From Thermoproteota archaeon (lineage in GTDB: Archaea > Korarchaeota > JAOZGF01 > JAOZFZ01): a stretch of DNA of 64,000 nucleotides. The stretch covers positions 64,001-128,000 of the forward strand of contig JAOZFT010000020.1 in the NCBI GenBank assembly GCA_027492035.1, written 5' to 3'. Shown here one piece after another: positions 39,743 to 50,341 of the stretch (its first letter is position 1; each line of letters begins with the position of its first letter). Both the position numbers and the translations under genes were made by a program. Under the pieces are notes generated by a model. That model was not told the DNA's origin. It did no database searches and saw only the letters and a program-made list of their open reading frames with translations.

Positions 39743-40612
39743 ATGAAAAAGAAAAAACTTAATCAAGAAAAATTTTTAAGTATAAAAGAAATAAATTTAT
39801 ATATCCAAAAAATTTTCTGGATATTGGCGAAGAAATTGACTAAGCAAGTGTACATGTTTCTTCAGGGGTTAGAGGAGGAGAGAATTTTAGAAGGTTTTAG
39901 GGCTTACCCTTCCAGGAAAGTAATAATTGTGAGAAACAGCAACGTTTCAGACTATAACAGGAAAGTAGAGACTGTAATCGACAAGTTAGTGGCGAGGATA
40001 AAGGAGAAACTTAGATATGTTGTTTCAGATTTTGAGGAAGTTTATATAAATTTTTTTAATTTCATTGAAGCCTTTAAAGGGTTGGAAAGGGTTATATTCA
40101 GGGAAAAAGTGGAGGGAAGAGAAGTTTATGTCAACATTACAGGCGGAACTCGTTTAGTTGCTTCTGCTGCCCTTTTAGCATGTTTTTTACATGGCGCTAA
40201 ACCTATTTATGTCTCCGCCAGTGAATACACAAGGATGGAAGTGATTGCTCAGAAGGCTGGGAAAGTTTTTGAAATACCTTCCATCCCTTTAGATATTCCC
40301 TCCGTTTCTTCTAAATCTAATGAAAAGAAAGCATTGATTCTGAAAACTTTATACTATGAAATGAAGGGGTATTCACCTTCCTTGGAGAAGTTAGCTGAAA
40401 AAATGGGTGAGGCAGCAACTAAAAGAAACCTGGCCTGGATAAGTTATCACGTAAGGCAATTAGAGCAGAAAGGGCTGGTTCAAACAAGGTTTTTGGGCAG
40501 AAAGTTAGCTGTTAAATTAACCAGTGCAGGGGCTTTTTCAGCAATTGCAGCATTCCCCGATTCGCAACCGTACCGAACAAAGGAGAAACCGGAACTAAAA
40601 GTTCATATTTAG
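39743..40612 (+). CDS. CARF-wHTH transcriptional regulator (Csa3-like / DUF6293 type)
   Basis: CARF motif VYVNITGGTR...AA..A...PIYV; C-terminal wHTH (SLEKLAEKMG..ISYHVRQLEQKGLV..VKLTSAG). True start probably TTG 39824 or 39836, after TTTATATA at 39796. Confidence 0.8.
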   Translation: MKKKKLNQEKFLSIKEINLYIQKIFWILAKKLTKQVYMFLQGLEEERILEGFRAYPSRKVIIVRNSNVSDYNRKVETVIDKLVARIKEKLRYVVSDFEEVYINFFNFIEAFKGLERVIFREKVEGREVYVNITGGTRLVASAALLACFLHGAKPIYVSASEYTRMEVIAQKAGKVFEIPSIPLDIPSVSSKSNEKKALILKTLYYEMKGYSPSLEKLAEKMGEAATKRNLAWISYHVRQLEQKGLVQTRFLGRKLAVKLTSAGAFSAIAAFPDSQPYRTKEKPELKVHI

Positions 40613-40625
40613 CTTCTAAAATTTT

Positions 40626-41930
40626 TTAAATGAAGTCGTATTTCTTGCTTTCCTCAACTTTTCCAGCGGCTTTGATAAGGTCCTCAAAGCTTATTTTCCA
40701 TTCTCCATCTTTATAAATTTCATATAGTAACACATTGTTCCAGATTTTTTTGTGGGTGCCGAAATATATGTTACCTGCCTTAATTATTCCTGTTTCAGCC
40801 AGTTGATAAACGAAGTCATGAAAAACACTTAAGTCGTAAACTGGTAAGAAAATTAGGAAGAAAAGCCTGTTTTCATTTTTCACCTTGTCACAAACTGTTC
40901 TGTACGGTACTTCCTTTAAAGCATTCAGGAACTTAAGGAGGAAGTTTTCGTTTGAGAAAACAAAATTAACCATTAGTAGCAAAGTTTGTTTTGCAGAGTA
41001 GGGGAAAATGTAAGGGTGGAACTTCCTTATAATCTTTTCCTCTAAATATGTTTTATACCTCTTAGATAACCATGGAAGAAAATTTGTCGGTTCCTCCTTA
41101 AAGAGCCTTCCCATTTTTTCAGCTATGTCAACAAATTTTTCTCGTGCATTAAGTTCAAGTCTTGAAATAAAGAAGAGATCCTTTAGGTTGAATTTAAAAA
41201 GTTCTTTCTTTCCTTCATCTATTTTGAAAGGTTCAATTTCATCGATTTTCATAATTAGATCTAACCAGTTAAAAACGTTCCCACCTATTCTTGTACGTTC
41301 TTTCAGGTAATAATTTAAGTTTATGTCAGGGTAGATTGGTTGATGGAGAGTGTAAAAATCAAATTCTTCAATAAAAGAGTTTTCTTTGAGGTATTTCAGG
41401 TACTTAATCAATTCATATTTCTTTTTTTCGGGGATACTGTACCTTACGTATCCTCCTCTACCGTTTAAGCCGTCGATTACAGCTAAAAGACGCCAGAAAG
41501 GGAGTGGTGTAAGCAGTTCTTCAGTAACGAGTTGTTTACTTAAATTTATTTTTGTTAAAACCCCCAAATGTTCTAGACCTAGTCTAGTTAAATCAAAAAC
41601 AGCCTTGAAACCTACAAGTTTTTCACTGTCAAACCTCCTAACCCTATAATTAACTGTTTGTTGAGGTTTACCAAGTTTCTCAGCCACAACCGTAAGGTTT
41701 CTAGGGCCTGATTTCAACATCTCCGAAATAATCTGTAAATCAAAAGAGTCAAGCTTATCATGAGTGCCGAAATAATGCTCTAATGTGTAAGGAGGAGCAA
41801 TTACTTCGTAAGGAGGCAAATTAAGACACCATCTCCCTCTTTCTCCTAAATACTTTAAAAACACCTCTACACCAAATAAGGCATTAACCTTATATAAACT
41901 AAACAATTTTTGAATGATAAACTTTTCCAA
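40626..41930 (-). CDS. Large AsnC/Lrp-type HTH regulator with two HTH-containing halves
   Basis: LDSFDLQII..GPRNLTVVAEKLGKPQQTVNYRVRR and second DLFFISRLELNAREKFVDIAEK; likely start TTG 41819. Confidence 0.68.
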   Translation of the reverse strand: MEKFIIQKLFSLYKVNALFGVEVFLKYLGERGRWCLNLPPYEVIAPPYTLEHYFGTHDKLDSFDLQIISEMLKSGPRNLTVVAEKLGKPQQTVNYRVRRFDSEKLVGFKAVFDLTRLGLEHLGVLTKINLSKQLVTEELLTPLPFWRLLAVIDGLNGRGGYVRYSIPEKKKYELIKYLKYLKENSFIEEFDFYTLHQPIYPDINLNYYLKERTRIGGNVFNWLDLIMKIDEIEPFKIDEGKKELFKFNLKDLFFISRLELNAREKFVDIAEKMGRLFKEEPTNFLPWLSKRYKTYLEEKIIRKFHPYIFPYSAKQTLLLMVNFVFSNENFLLKFLNALKEVPYRTVCDKVKNENRLFFLIFLPVYDLSVFHDFVYQLAETGIIKAGNIYFGTHKKIWNNVLLYEIYKDGEWKISFEDLIKAAGKVEESKKYDFI

Positions 41931-42140
41931 TTAATTCATTATAAGTAAACTTATTTTACATATTAGTATCTATTTCTTTTTAAATTCAATGATTTTATCA
42001 CATGTTATGCAATCAATGTTGTAAAGTTTTGAGGTAACTGTTAAGGTAAAAGAAAAATTTCCACGAAGGCTTTTTCAGAGCATAGACTTTTTTGCTAAAC
42101 CTTTTACTGGTTAATTTCTCCGTTCATGTAAGAATTATTT

Positions 42141-43013
42141 TTAACTTTCCCCTTCTACTTTCTCAATTATTTTATCAACTATTTCATTGAAGCTTTTTGT
42201 GGCTTCTGAGTCAGGATCCTCTACAATGAATGGTACACCGGAGTCTGAACACTGAGATATTCTAGGGTCTAAAGGAATGCTTCCCAGGAACGGTACTTTA
42301 AGTTCTTCGGCTATCTTCCTTCCCCCACCTGAACCAAAAATGTCGTATTTAGAACCGCATTTCGGACAAATGAACCCAGCCATGTTCTCTATTACGCCAA
42401 TCACTGATAAATTCAGTCTCTTAGTGAACCCTATAGATCTTTTAACCACTACTTGGGAAACCTCAGAGGGAATTGTTACAATTATAACCCCATCTAACCC
42501 ATGGATTAACTGAGCGATGCTGAGGGGCTCATCGCCAGTACCTGGCGGCAAATCTATCAATAAGTAATCCAGTGAGCCCCACACAATTTGTGAAAGAAGC
42601 TGTCGCAGCGCATTCATTTTCAGGGGGCCTCTCCAAATGAGAGGGGTTTCATCTTGGGGTAAAAGGAAATCAAAAGAAACAATTTTCATGTTCAACGGCC
42701 CTATCACAGGAAAAATGCCTGTAGGACCTGAACTTAACATGTTCCCTCTCACCCCTAAAATTTTAGGAATTGAAGGGCCATGGAAGTCTGCATCCAATAT
42801 ACCTATGAACCTGGCATGTGAAGCAAGTGCTGTTGCTAAATTGGCTGTCACTACGCTTTTACCTACGCCTCCCTTACCACTTAAAACAGCTATTTTATGT
42901 TTCACTTTAGCTAGTTTAGTTTTAATTTTTTCTTTTTCTTCAGTTATCGTTTTAATCTCCATAATTTTCTCTTTCCGCCCTGAATCTAGGCTACTTCCCT
43001 TTTCATGTTCCAT
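42141..43013 (-). CDS. Mrp/NBP35 (ApbC) Fe-S cluster carrier ATPase
   Basis: SGKGGVGKS, DADFHGPS, WRGP, DLPPGTGDE, ENMA.F.CP.C. Confidence 0.93.
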   Translation of the reverse strand: MEHEKGSSLDSGRKEKIMEIKTITEEKEKIKTKLAKVKHKIAVLSGKGGVGKSVVTANLATALASHARFIGILDADFHGPSIPKILGVRGNMLSSGPTGIFPVIGPLNMKIVSFDFLLPQDETPLIWRGPLKMNALRQLLSQIVWGSLDYLLIDLPPGTGDEPLSIAQLIHGLDGVIIVTIPSEVSQVVVKRSIGFTKRLNLSVIGVIENMAGFICPKCGSKYDIFGSGGGRKIAEELKVPFLGSIPLDPRISQCSDSGVPFIVEDPDSEATKSFNEIVDKIIEKVEGES

Positions 43014-43709
43014 ATTTCCTCACTTCTCTCCTTTTTAGGAATTGTTAAATATTAACTGTTTATAAGTTTAAAAAAGTAACCTTTTTTATCATGGAAATAA
43101 AAATTTATTTTTTGAAAACTTAAACGTTAAGTCCACTTCCTTATTAAAAACCATCACTTCACCTGATTCATTGATGTTTCAACATAACTTTCACTGTTCT
43201 TTTTTCAAAAGTTTCAGCTGTTAACACTCCCCTACAGCCTAAAATGGATCAAGTATAAATTTTAGCAGATATCAAAGAAATCTTAAAGGTAAGAAATAGA
43301 GTCCAAATAAGACACAAGCCAACCGTAAATTCATAAGGGATAGCAAAGTCACAGTTGAATTTTAGAAAAAGCTGAAGCAATATAGGATAACAGGGATCAT
43401 GTGGATAAGGATTGTTATTACCCATTTTTAAGACTTTACGTAAATGTCGAAAGAATAGAACTAAACAAAAGAAGGAGTAACTTATTAACAGGTACAGCAA
43501 TGTTTCTAGCTGGAAACTTTTAAAATTTTCTTTTGTTTTTAAAAAGATAAAATATTTAAATATAGAGAAAAATGGGTTGGTGGCGAAAATCTTGAAGAAA
43601 ACACCTGCAAGGTAACAAGGCAATATGTTTTTTGTTGAAGACATTCTGCTTCTTTAGAAAAATGAAGCTGAGTTTCTTCATAAGTTAAAAAACTTGTCAG
43701 GGGGTTGAA

Positions 43710-44612
43710 TTGGGTTACTTTTTTGATGAAGGATGGTTGAACAAAGAAATTCTGATGTTAAGTGTAGACGGTTGGGGTAGGGAGAAGTTTAATTCAGCTT
43801 TCATAATTAGGGGGGAGAGTGTTGCAGTTATTGAGCCGGGACACCGTGTATCGGCGGAAATTATTTTACAGGGATTAAAAAGGTTTGGAGTGCCTTTTAA
43901 GAGCGTGAAATACATATTTGTAACTCATAGGCATCTTGACCATTTAGCCGGCGGTCCCTTACTTCTTAAGAACCTCCCAAACAGTGTTTTAGCTGCGCAC
44001 AAATATTCAATAGAAACATTAAAGAACCCATCCAAAATGAATGAGGCTGCTAAAAAAATTTTTGGTAAATATGCTGGGTTGATAGAGGAAGTTAATGATG
44101 AAAACAGACTTGTTGCTTTAAGTGAGGGTGACACGGTCAAATTTGGCGGAGGCTTAGAAATAGAGGCTTTAGCTACACCTGGCCACACTTCAGGCCATTT
44201 ATCTTTCTATGAAAGAAAAAATAGGTTTGTTTTCACAGGTGATGCTGCAGGGATCCTCTGCAGCCCCAACCCTGTTATTTTACCCACTGCTTTTCACCCC
44301 AGTTTCAAGTACTTAAATTATGTGAGTTCAATAAAGAAAATATTGAAGTATAAACCTGAAATAGTTGGTTTCGCTCATTACGGTGCAGTTGAGGGAAGTG
44401 ATGCATTAAAAACTTTGGAAGTTAGTTTAAAAACCATTGAGGACTGGGTTAAAACAGCTAAGAAATGTTTAGGGGGAGAAATACATAAAAAATTAGTTGA
44501 AAAGATACGGAAGAGGTACAGCTTTTATTTGGAAGGGTTTCCGTTACCTGTAAAAAATTTCTTTTATGAAATGTTCGCTGCAGGCTTAGAAGACGCTATA
44601 AAGAGATATTGA
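43710..44612 (+). CDS. MBL-fold metallo-hydrolase
   Basis: THRHLDHLAG, TPGHTSGH, FTGDAAG, FAHYG. Confidence 0.9.
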   Translation: MGYFFDEGWLNKEILMLSVDGWGREKFNSAFIIRGESVAVIEPGHRVSAEIILQGLKRFGVPFKSVKYIFVTHRHLDHLAGGPLLLKNLPNSVLAAHKYSIETLKNPSKMNEAAKKIFGKYAGLIEEVNDENRLVALSEGDTVKFGGGLEIEALATPGHTSGHLSFYERKNRFVFTGDAAGILCSPNPVILPTAFHPSFKYLNYVSSIKKILKYKPEIVGFAHYGAVEGSDALKTLEVSLKTIEDWVKTAKKCLGGEIHKKLVEKIRKRYSFYLEGFPLPVKNFFYEMFAAGLEDAIKRY

Positions 44613-44823
44613 AGGCAGTTCTAAATTTATTCTTTCTTATTTTTGCGGAAAAAGGGAAAATGACTTGTTTTATGTTTAAACTGATGTGTTACGCCTTGCC
44701 TTTTTCCCCCATTAATTTTCTTCCCTTTTCCTGGAAAGGCAAAGCCCCATGTCGGGGTTGCACATTAATTTTTAAAAACTTCCTTTGTTTTCTAAGAAAG
44801 GGAGTAAAGGAAATAAGTAAATA

Positions 44824-45261
44824 TTGCAGGTGGTTAAGGTGCAAAGTAAGGAAGAGCAAAACCTAATTTTTGTTAGGTTATTTCCGGGTGAAGATATTTA
44901 TGAAGAGTTGGAAAAGGTTTGTAAGAAACATAATGTTGAAACAGCTGTTGTTTTATCTGGCTTGGGGCAACTGAAACAGTTTGAACTTGGTTACTTCAAA
45001 GAAAAAGGAAATTATACGCCTCAAAAATTTGATGAACCCCATGAACTCCTTTCCTTAACAGGCAACGTTTCTAAACAAGACGGGGAATACGTTTTCCATC
45101 TGCATGCAGCTTTGGGCAACCAAGAAAAAAAGGTTGTTGGGGGACATTTAATCAGAGGCAGGGTAAGTGTAACGAATGAAATTGTGTTGTTGAAGACAAG
45201 TTTGAAAGTTAAGAGAAGAGTAACAGAAACTACAGGCTTAAACGAGTTGTTTCTTGAATAA
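44824..45261 (+). CDS. PPC domain (DUF296) protein
   Basis: RL.PGED, ELLSLTGN, HLHAALG, GGHL. Confidence 0.88.
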   Translation: MQVVKVQSKEEQNLIFVRLFPGEDIYEELEKVCKKHNVETAVVLSGLGQLKQFELGYFKEKGNYTPQKFDEPHELLSLTGNVSKQDGEYVFHLHAALGNQEKKVVGGHLIRGRVSVTNEIVLLKTSLKVKRRVTETTGLNELFLE

Positions 45262-45674
45262 CTTTATAAGAATACCTTCTGAACACCCTTTGTTAATAAC
45301 CTACTCCAGTAGTAAATTTCTTAGTTTAAAAGCCAAACAGCTGAATCTTCTCAAAAGCTTTATAGCAACTAAATTCTCAACCAATTTATCAAAAATTTGG
45401 TTTACTCTAAAGCCTATAGTGGCTGTGACGTCGTTATTAACACAATAAGTTTTTGATGCGTATATAGGCTTCTTTTATCTTTAAAAAGGGAACATTTACA
45501 GAAGTAAAAGTGGAAGGATGTTTAGTTTTTGTTAAAGAGGAAATTAACATTAAATTATCTTTCCTCTTTAGTTAGGTAATGAAGTTAAATGTTTAGGTAA
45601 GGATAAATGGAAACCTATGTTTTGAAGCTTTTCTTTAAGGAGGAAATTAAAAGTTTTCTTCTAGAGTATGGCGG

Positions 45675-48095
45675 TTAAAGGATTTTTTCGCAGACAGGAT
45701 GGTTTCTTCCTTCATCAACTTTAACTTCTATTTCATCTGTAACCAAAGTCTCCTTTAAATCCTGTAAACAGTTTTTCATCATGTGGAAGTGTTTTTTAGG
45801 TGTGGAAATAATTACTTTTTTGAGTGGATGTTTAAGTTTAAGGTTGTTTTTTGCTTTGTATTTTCTGACGGTTGAAACTATGTCCATGATTCCTTTCCAA
45901 GTTTCTTCTAACTCTTTGTTTATTAGGGAAATGTCTTGTTCAGGCCACTTTTCTGCATGTACGCTGTCTTCTTTCTTCCCTGGCAAGTATTGATGGAGTT
46001 CTTCACTGAAAAAGGGAGTTATTGGCGCCATCATTTTGGTAAATGTTGAAATTGATTTTTGCAGGGTGTAAACTGCTGATTTTTTCAGTTGTTCCTTTTT
46101 TGAGTAAACTCTCCATTTGACGAGTTCGATGTAGTAGTCACAGAATTCTTCCCAAATGAATTTCCTTAGGATCCGCAGCACATTATCAAACCTGTATTTT
46201 TCATATTCCCATGTCACTTGGGAAATTATGGTTTGTAATCTTGCAAGGAAACATTTATCTATGGTTTCAAGCTTATCTGCCCCTATTTCTCGTTGGTTTT
46301 TAAGGGTTTCAAGGTGAGGATGGACGAACCTGAATGCATTCCAGAATTTTTGGAGGAAATCGCTTGCGTATTTTATGTCTTTCCATTTGAAGGGGAAGTC
46401 AGAGCCTATTGTGAAGGATAGCAAGGTTTGTCTAAGTGAGTCTGCACCGTACTTACCAACCACTTCCTCAGGCATTATGACATTGCCTAAACTGCTTGAC
46501 ATGGCTTTACCGTCTGGGCCGAAAATCATTCCGTTTATTAACAACTCCTTGAAAGGAAGTTTACCTGTCAAGGAAAGAGATCTGAAAATCGTGTAAAAGG
46601 CCCAGGTCCTTATGATTTCAGAACCCTGCTGCCTTAAAGTTGAGGGGTAAGTTTTCTCAAAAAGATCTCTTTTATCAGGCCAACCGCTAATCACTAACGG
46701 AGTTATTGAACTGTCAACCCAGCAGTCACAAACATCCGTCACCCCTTCTATCTCTTCTGAACCGCACCTTGGGCACTTATCAACAGGGGACGGTTGAACA
46801 GCAGGGTACACAGGCAAATCCTCTTTCCTAGCTGGAATCAAGTAATTGCATTTATTACACACCCAGAAGGGGATAGGTGTACCGAAAGTTCTTTGACGAG
46901 AAATCACCCAATCCCACTCTATACTGTCAACCCAACCGAAAAGTTTGTTCAATGATTCTTTAGGCACCCACCTCATTTTAGAAGACTCTTCCTTTATTTT
47001 TTCCTTGTAAGGTTGAGTTTTTATGAAGAACTGCCACGTTAAAAGAAACTCGACAGGTTTTTGGCAAGTTGACCTTTCCTTATGAACCAAGACACTGTGT
47101 GGAATCCTCTCCCGCTTCAGAAGCAAATCCTCCTTCTCCAAATCCTTAACCATTTTTTCTCTAGCTTCAGGGATCCTCAATCCATCATATCTGCCACTAT
47201 TAATCAATTCCCCCCGTTCATTAACAGCCTGAATTATAGGGAGGCTGTGCCTTTTAACCCACTTTATATCTTGCTCGTCTCCAAACGTGCAAATCATAAC
47301 TACACCGCTTCCGAAGTCCATGTCCACTTCTTTATCTGTTAAAACAGGTACTTCACGTTTAAACAAGGGAACTTCAGCTTTTTTACCATGTAAATGAATG
47401 TATCTTTCATCTTGAGGGTGGACAGCTACTGCCACACAGGCATGAAGAAGCTCAGGCCGAGTTGTTGCAACGGTTACAGGCTCCCCCTCAACCTTAAAAA
47501 CTATGTAGTTCAAGAAACCCTCTTCTTGAACATAGCCTATTTCAGCCTGCGCTAAAGCTGTTTTGCAGTAGGGACACCAATGAACAGGATGTTTCCCCCT
47601 GTAAAGCAAGCCCTTCTCAAACATTTCAATCAAAGAAAGTTGAACCTTCCTGTGGTAGCTGGGGTCCATTGTTTTATATTCAAAACTCCAGTCAGGTATG
47701 TAACCTAACCTATGCATGGCGTCTTTCATTTTCTTAATTGCTTTTGCTGTCCAATCCTTGCAGGCCTCCAAGAAAGAATCCATGTCTTTTGGTTTATACT
47801 CTCTCTCCACCTTTAATTCAGTAGGTAGCCCCTGTGTATCCCAGCCTTGGGGCAGTAGGACATTGAACCCTTTCATTCTTTTGTAACGGGCTACTGTATC
47901 GCTGATTATGCAGGCGTAGGACCTTCCTATGTGCAGTTCACCGCTTGTGAAGGGGGGTGGTGTATCAATCACAAAAACTTCTTTGCTGTTTTCTCTTGAA
48001 AATTTGTAAAGGTCCATTTCCTTCCATTTTTCAACCCATTTAGGTTCCTCCTTAACAGGGTTGTAATGCTTCGGAAGCTTCTTCGCCTCAGTCAT
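45675..48095 (-). CDS. valS: Valine--tRNA ligase
   Basis: IDTPPP..SG.LHIG, GWDTQGLPTE, TTRPE, CTFGD..D, DWVISRQR..GTPIP, QG.EIIRTW; KMSKS loop reads AMSSS. Confidence 0.95.
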   Translation of the reverse strand: MTEAKKLPKHYNPVKEEPKWVEKWKEMDLYKFSRENSKEVFVIDTPPPFTSGELHIGRSYACIISDTVARYKRMKGFNVLLPQGWDTQGLPTELKVEREYKPKDMDSFLEACKDWTAKAIKKMKDAMHRLGYIPDWSFEYKTMDPSYHRKVQLSLIEMFEKGLLYRGKHPVHWCPYCKTALAQAEIGYVQEEGFLNYIVFKVEGEPVTVATTRPELLHACVAVAVHPQDERYIHLHGKKAEVPLFKREVPVLTDKEVDMDFGSGVVMICTFGDEQDIKWVKRHSLPIIQAVNERGELINSGRYDGLRIPEAREKMVKDLEKEDLLLKRERIPHSVLVHKERSTCQKPVEFLLTWQFFIKTQPYKEKIKEESSKMRWVPKESLNKLFGWVDSIEWDWVISRQRTFGTPIPFWVCNKCNYLIPARKEDLPVYPAVQPSPVDKCPRCGSEEIEGVTDVCDCWVDSSITPLVISGWPDKRDLFEKTYPSTLRQQGSEIIRTWAFYTIFRSLSLTGKLPFKELLINGMIFGPDGKAMSSSLGNVIMPEEVVGKYGADSLRQTLLSFTIGSDFPFKWKDIKYASDFLQKFWNAFRFVHPHLETLKNQREIGADKLETIDKCFLARLQTIISQVTWEYEKYRFDNVLRILRKFIWEEFCDYYIELVKWRVYSKKEQLKKSAVYTLQKSISTFTKMMAPITPFFSEELHQYLPGKKEDSVHAEKWPEQDISLINKELEETWKGIMDIVSTVRKYKAKNNLKLKHPLKKVIISTPKKHFHMMKNCLQDLKETLVTDEIEVKVDEGRNHPVCEKIL

Positions 48096-48548
48096 AACGT
48101 TTCCCTTCTCCTAACCTTTCTTGAAAATACTTAAATGTTTAAAGTCTAAACGTTTAAAAGTTTAAGGTTTAAACTCATGGATCCTTTATTCAGCACTTAA
48201 CATTCAACCCTTGCTCAGCACTTGATCAATGCCTCAAATTTTTGTCTAACCCCTTTTATTTAAAAACATTCCCCTTTAATTTCAATCAAGAAATCGTCTT
48301 CCTCCATAATCTTTAGGTTCCTGCAACTTTTTGTAAAATAGGAAACAAGAATAATTTGAGTAATAAAGTATTGTTGAAGGAGGGTTTTTCAAGGTTTTCT
48401 CAGTTTTCTTTGACGTGTGAGAAAGTGATGTAACTAATTTTTTGTGGCGGATTTGTGGCTTTGGTAAAGGTTAAATTTAAGTTTTAAAAGGTTTCTTGTT
48501 CGATAGAGGAGCTTTATGTAATAGTTTATGGAGTGGTGGAGGTGACGT

Positions 48549-49415
48549 GTGGTGAAGGTGAAGGTTACTGCCTTGGTTGATTCTGTAACTCATTTTGAGG
48601 GGCCTGTTTTGGCTGAGAATGGTTTAGCTTTGTTTGTTGAGGCCGGTGGCACGGAGCCTATTGTTAAGGTTTTGTTTGACACTGGCATGACCGGTGATGT
48701 ATTAATTAACAATGCTAGGGAGTTGGGTGTGGATTTGGGTTCAGTTGATGCTGTGGTTATTAGCCATAACCATTATGATCATACTGGCGGCCTTGTTAAG
48801 GTTTTAAAGGAAATTAATCATGGAGTCCCAGTGTTAGCTCATCCTGATATTTTTAAGCCTAAATACGCTTTCATGCCTGATTCTGGAAGGAAAAAGTTGA
48901 CGTACGTGGGCCCCTCTTTCCCAGGAAGGGAAGTAGAGGATGCAGGTGGTTTTTTAGTTTTAGCAAGGAACTCTGTTGCTTTGAGTGAAGAGGTTTTAAC
49001 AACAGGTGAAATTCCTCGAACCACTGACTTTGAATCTGTTAAAGGGTATTACACTGTTGAGGAAGGAAATTTTGTTAAGGACCCTTTGGTTGACGACCAA
49101 GCTTTACTTATCAAGGTGTCAAAGGATGACTTGGTGGTTTTGTGTGGTTGCTGCCACACTGGAATAATTAATACCTTAAGGTATTCTTTAAAGTTAACAA
49201 AGGCAAGGAGGGTTAAGGCTGTGATTGGCGGTTTCCACCTTATTGACGCAAGTAAGGAGAGGCTGGATAAGACTTTAAGGGAGTTAAGTGAAATAAAACC
49301 TGAAATTGTTGCGCCTATGCATTGTACAGGCTTTAAGGCGAAGGCTAGAATAGCTGGATTAATGCCTGAAGCGTTTAAAGAATTTTACGCCGGTGACTCG
49401 TTGGAAATCAAGTGA
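48549..49415 (+). CDS. MBL-fold protein of the COG1237 type (family includes the methanopterin-pathway dihydropterin-RFA-P synthase)
   Basis: ENGL, LFDTG, SHNHYDHTGGL, TGEIPR, DDQAL, GCCHTG, GGFHL, PMHCTG. Confidence 0.85.
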   Translation: MVKVKVTALVDSVTHFEGPVLAENGLALFVEAGGTEPIVKVLFDTGMTGDVLINNARELGVDLGSVDAVVISHNHYDHTGGLVKVLKEINHGVPVLAHPDIFKPKYAFMPDSGRKKLTYVGPSFPGREVEDAGGFLVLARNSVALSEEVLTTGEIPRTTDFESVKGYYTVEEGNFVKDPLVDDQALLIKVSKDDLVVLCGCCHTGIINTLRYSLKLTKARRVKAVIGGFHLIDASKERLDKTLRELSEIKPEIVAPMHCTGFKAKARIAGLMPEAFKEFYAGDSLEIK

Positions 49416-49456
49416 AAGAGGTGGGTTGTAAGGAATTGCAGGAGGGGGTTATGATT

Positions 49457-50341
49457 TTAAGTTGCTTCTGCACTGAGTTTCTTCATTATTTTGTTTTTTA
49501 GTTTTTTTGCGTATTTGGGGTCCGTGAAAGCTTTTAAGCGCTGTACTGTCGTGTTGTAGCCGTCTATTTGTTCTTCTTCAAGTTCATTTTGGTTTTCAGC
49601 TATTCGGGGATCTATTTCACCTAATTTCTGGATCAGTAGCTCCCTTTCCTCTTTCGGCATTATTCTGCTGTCTGTCATTGCTGCAGCTCTAGCATAAATT
49701 CCTTCGTCAAGTAAGTATTTTAGGGCTTTGAAGGGTAATGTGTAGTATTTCCCTATTGCACCTGTTCTTTCAGTGAAGCCTTCAGGTGTTGCAGCTTTAA
49801 AGGAAACCCTTACGTAAATTTTTGAGGAGAATTCAGCTAAATCCTTCACATAATTTTTGTCAGCACCTAAGAGGATGCCATTTGTTTCAAGAATGAAGAG
49901 TGAGTATTTAGAGGCTGTGACGTGCTGCAGTAGGGAGAGTAAATGTTTTTTGCCAATGGTTGGTTCGCAGCCTGAAACTCTTAACTTGTCAATTTCAGGT
50001 ATAACTTTCCTCCAATAACTTGAATAGGTGATTCCTCTCCTTGCTGCTTCGAACAGTTTTTCAGCTGCTTCTTTTGGAGAGTAAAATTTCCCAAACAGCT
50101 CCGGAAAGTCTCTTGACCAATTGCTCCAGCAATAGATGCATCGTAGGCAGCAGCCTACTGCATAACCTGTTGCTATTCCTCCATATACAGGTACTGAGTA
50201 GAAGGCGGTGTATTTTCTTTCTTGGCCGTTAACCCCTTCCCTAGTGACTATTTTCTCTGTTTTCTCAGCTAACTCTAAGGGGTTAAACGGTTTAAAACCT
50301 TGAGTCAGAAAACGCGTATATTCTCCATTCATTTGCTTCAA
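49457..50341 (-). CDS. Radical SAM protein
   Basis: YGGIAT..VGCCLRCIYCW (CxxxCxxC), RVSGCEPT, FILETNG. Confidence 0.85.
   Translation of the reverse strand: MKQMNGEYTRFLTQGFKPFNPLELAEKTEKIVTREGVNGQERKYTAFYSVPVYGGIATGYAVGCCLRCIYCWSNWSRDFPELFGKFYSPKEAAEKLFEAARRGITYSSYWRKVIPEIDKLRVSGCEPTIGKKHLLSLLQHVTASKYSLFILETNGILLGADKNYVKDLAEFSSKIYVRVSFKAATPEGFTERTGAIGKYYTLPFKALKYLLDEGIYARAAAMTDSRIMPKEERELLIQKLGEIDPRIAENQNELEEEQIDGYNTTVQRLKAFTDPKYAKKLKNKIMKKLSAEAT

Noticed and set aside
43249-43644. 131-aa minus-strand ORF
   Set aside because: Phe/Leu-rich translation typical of the antisense of A-rich DNA; no family motif. The plus strand may be a decayed gene but cannot be assigned.
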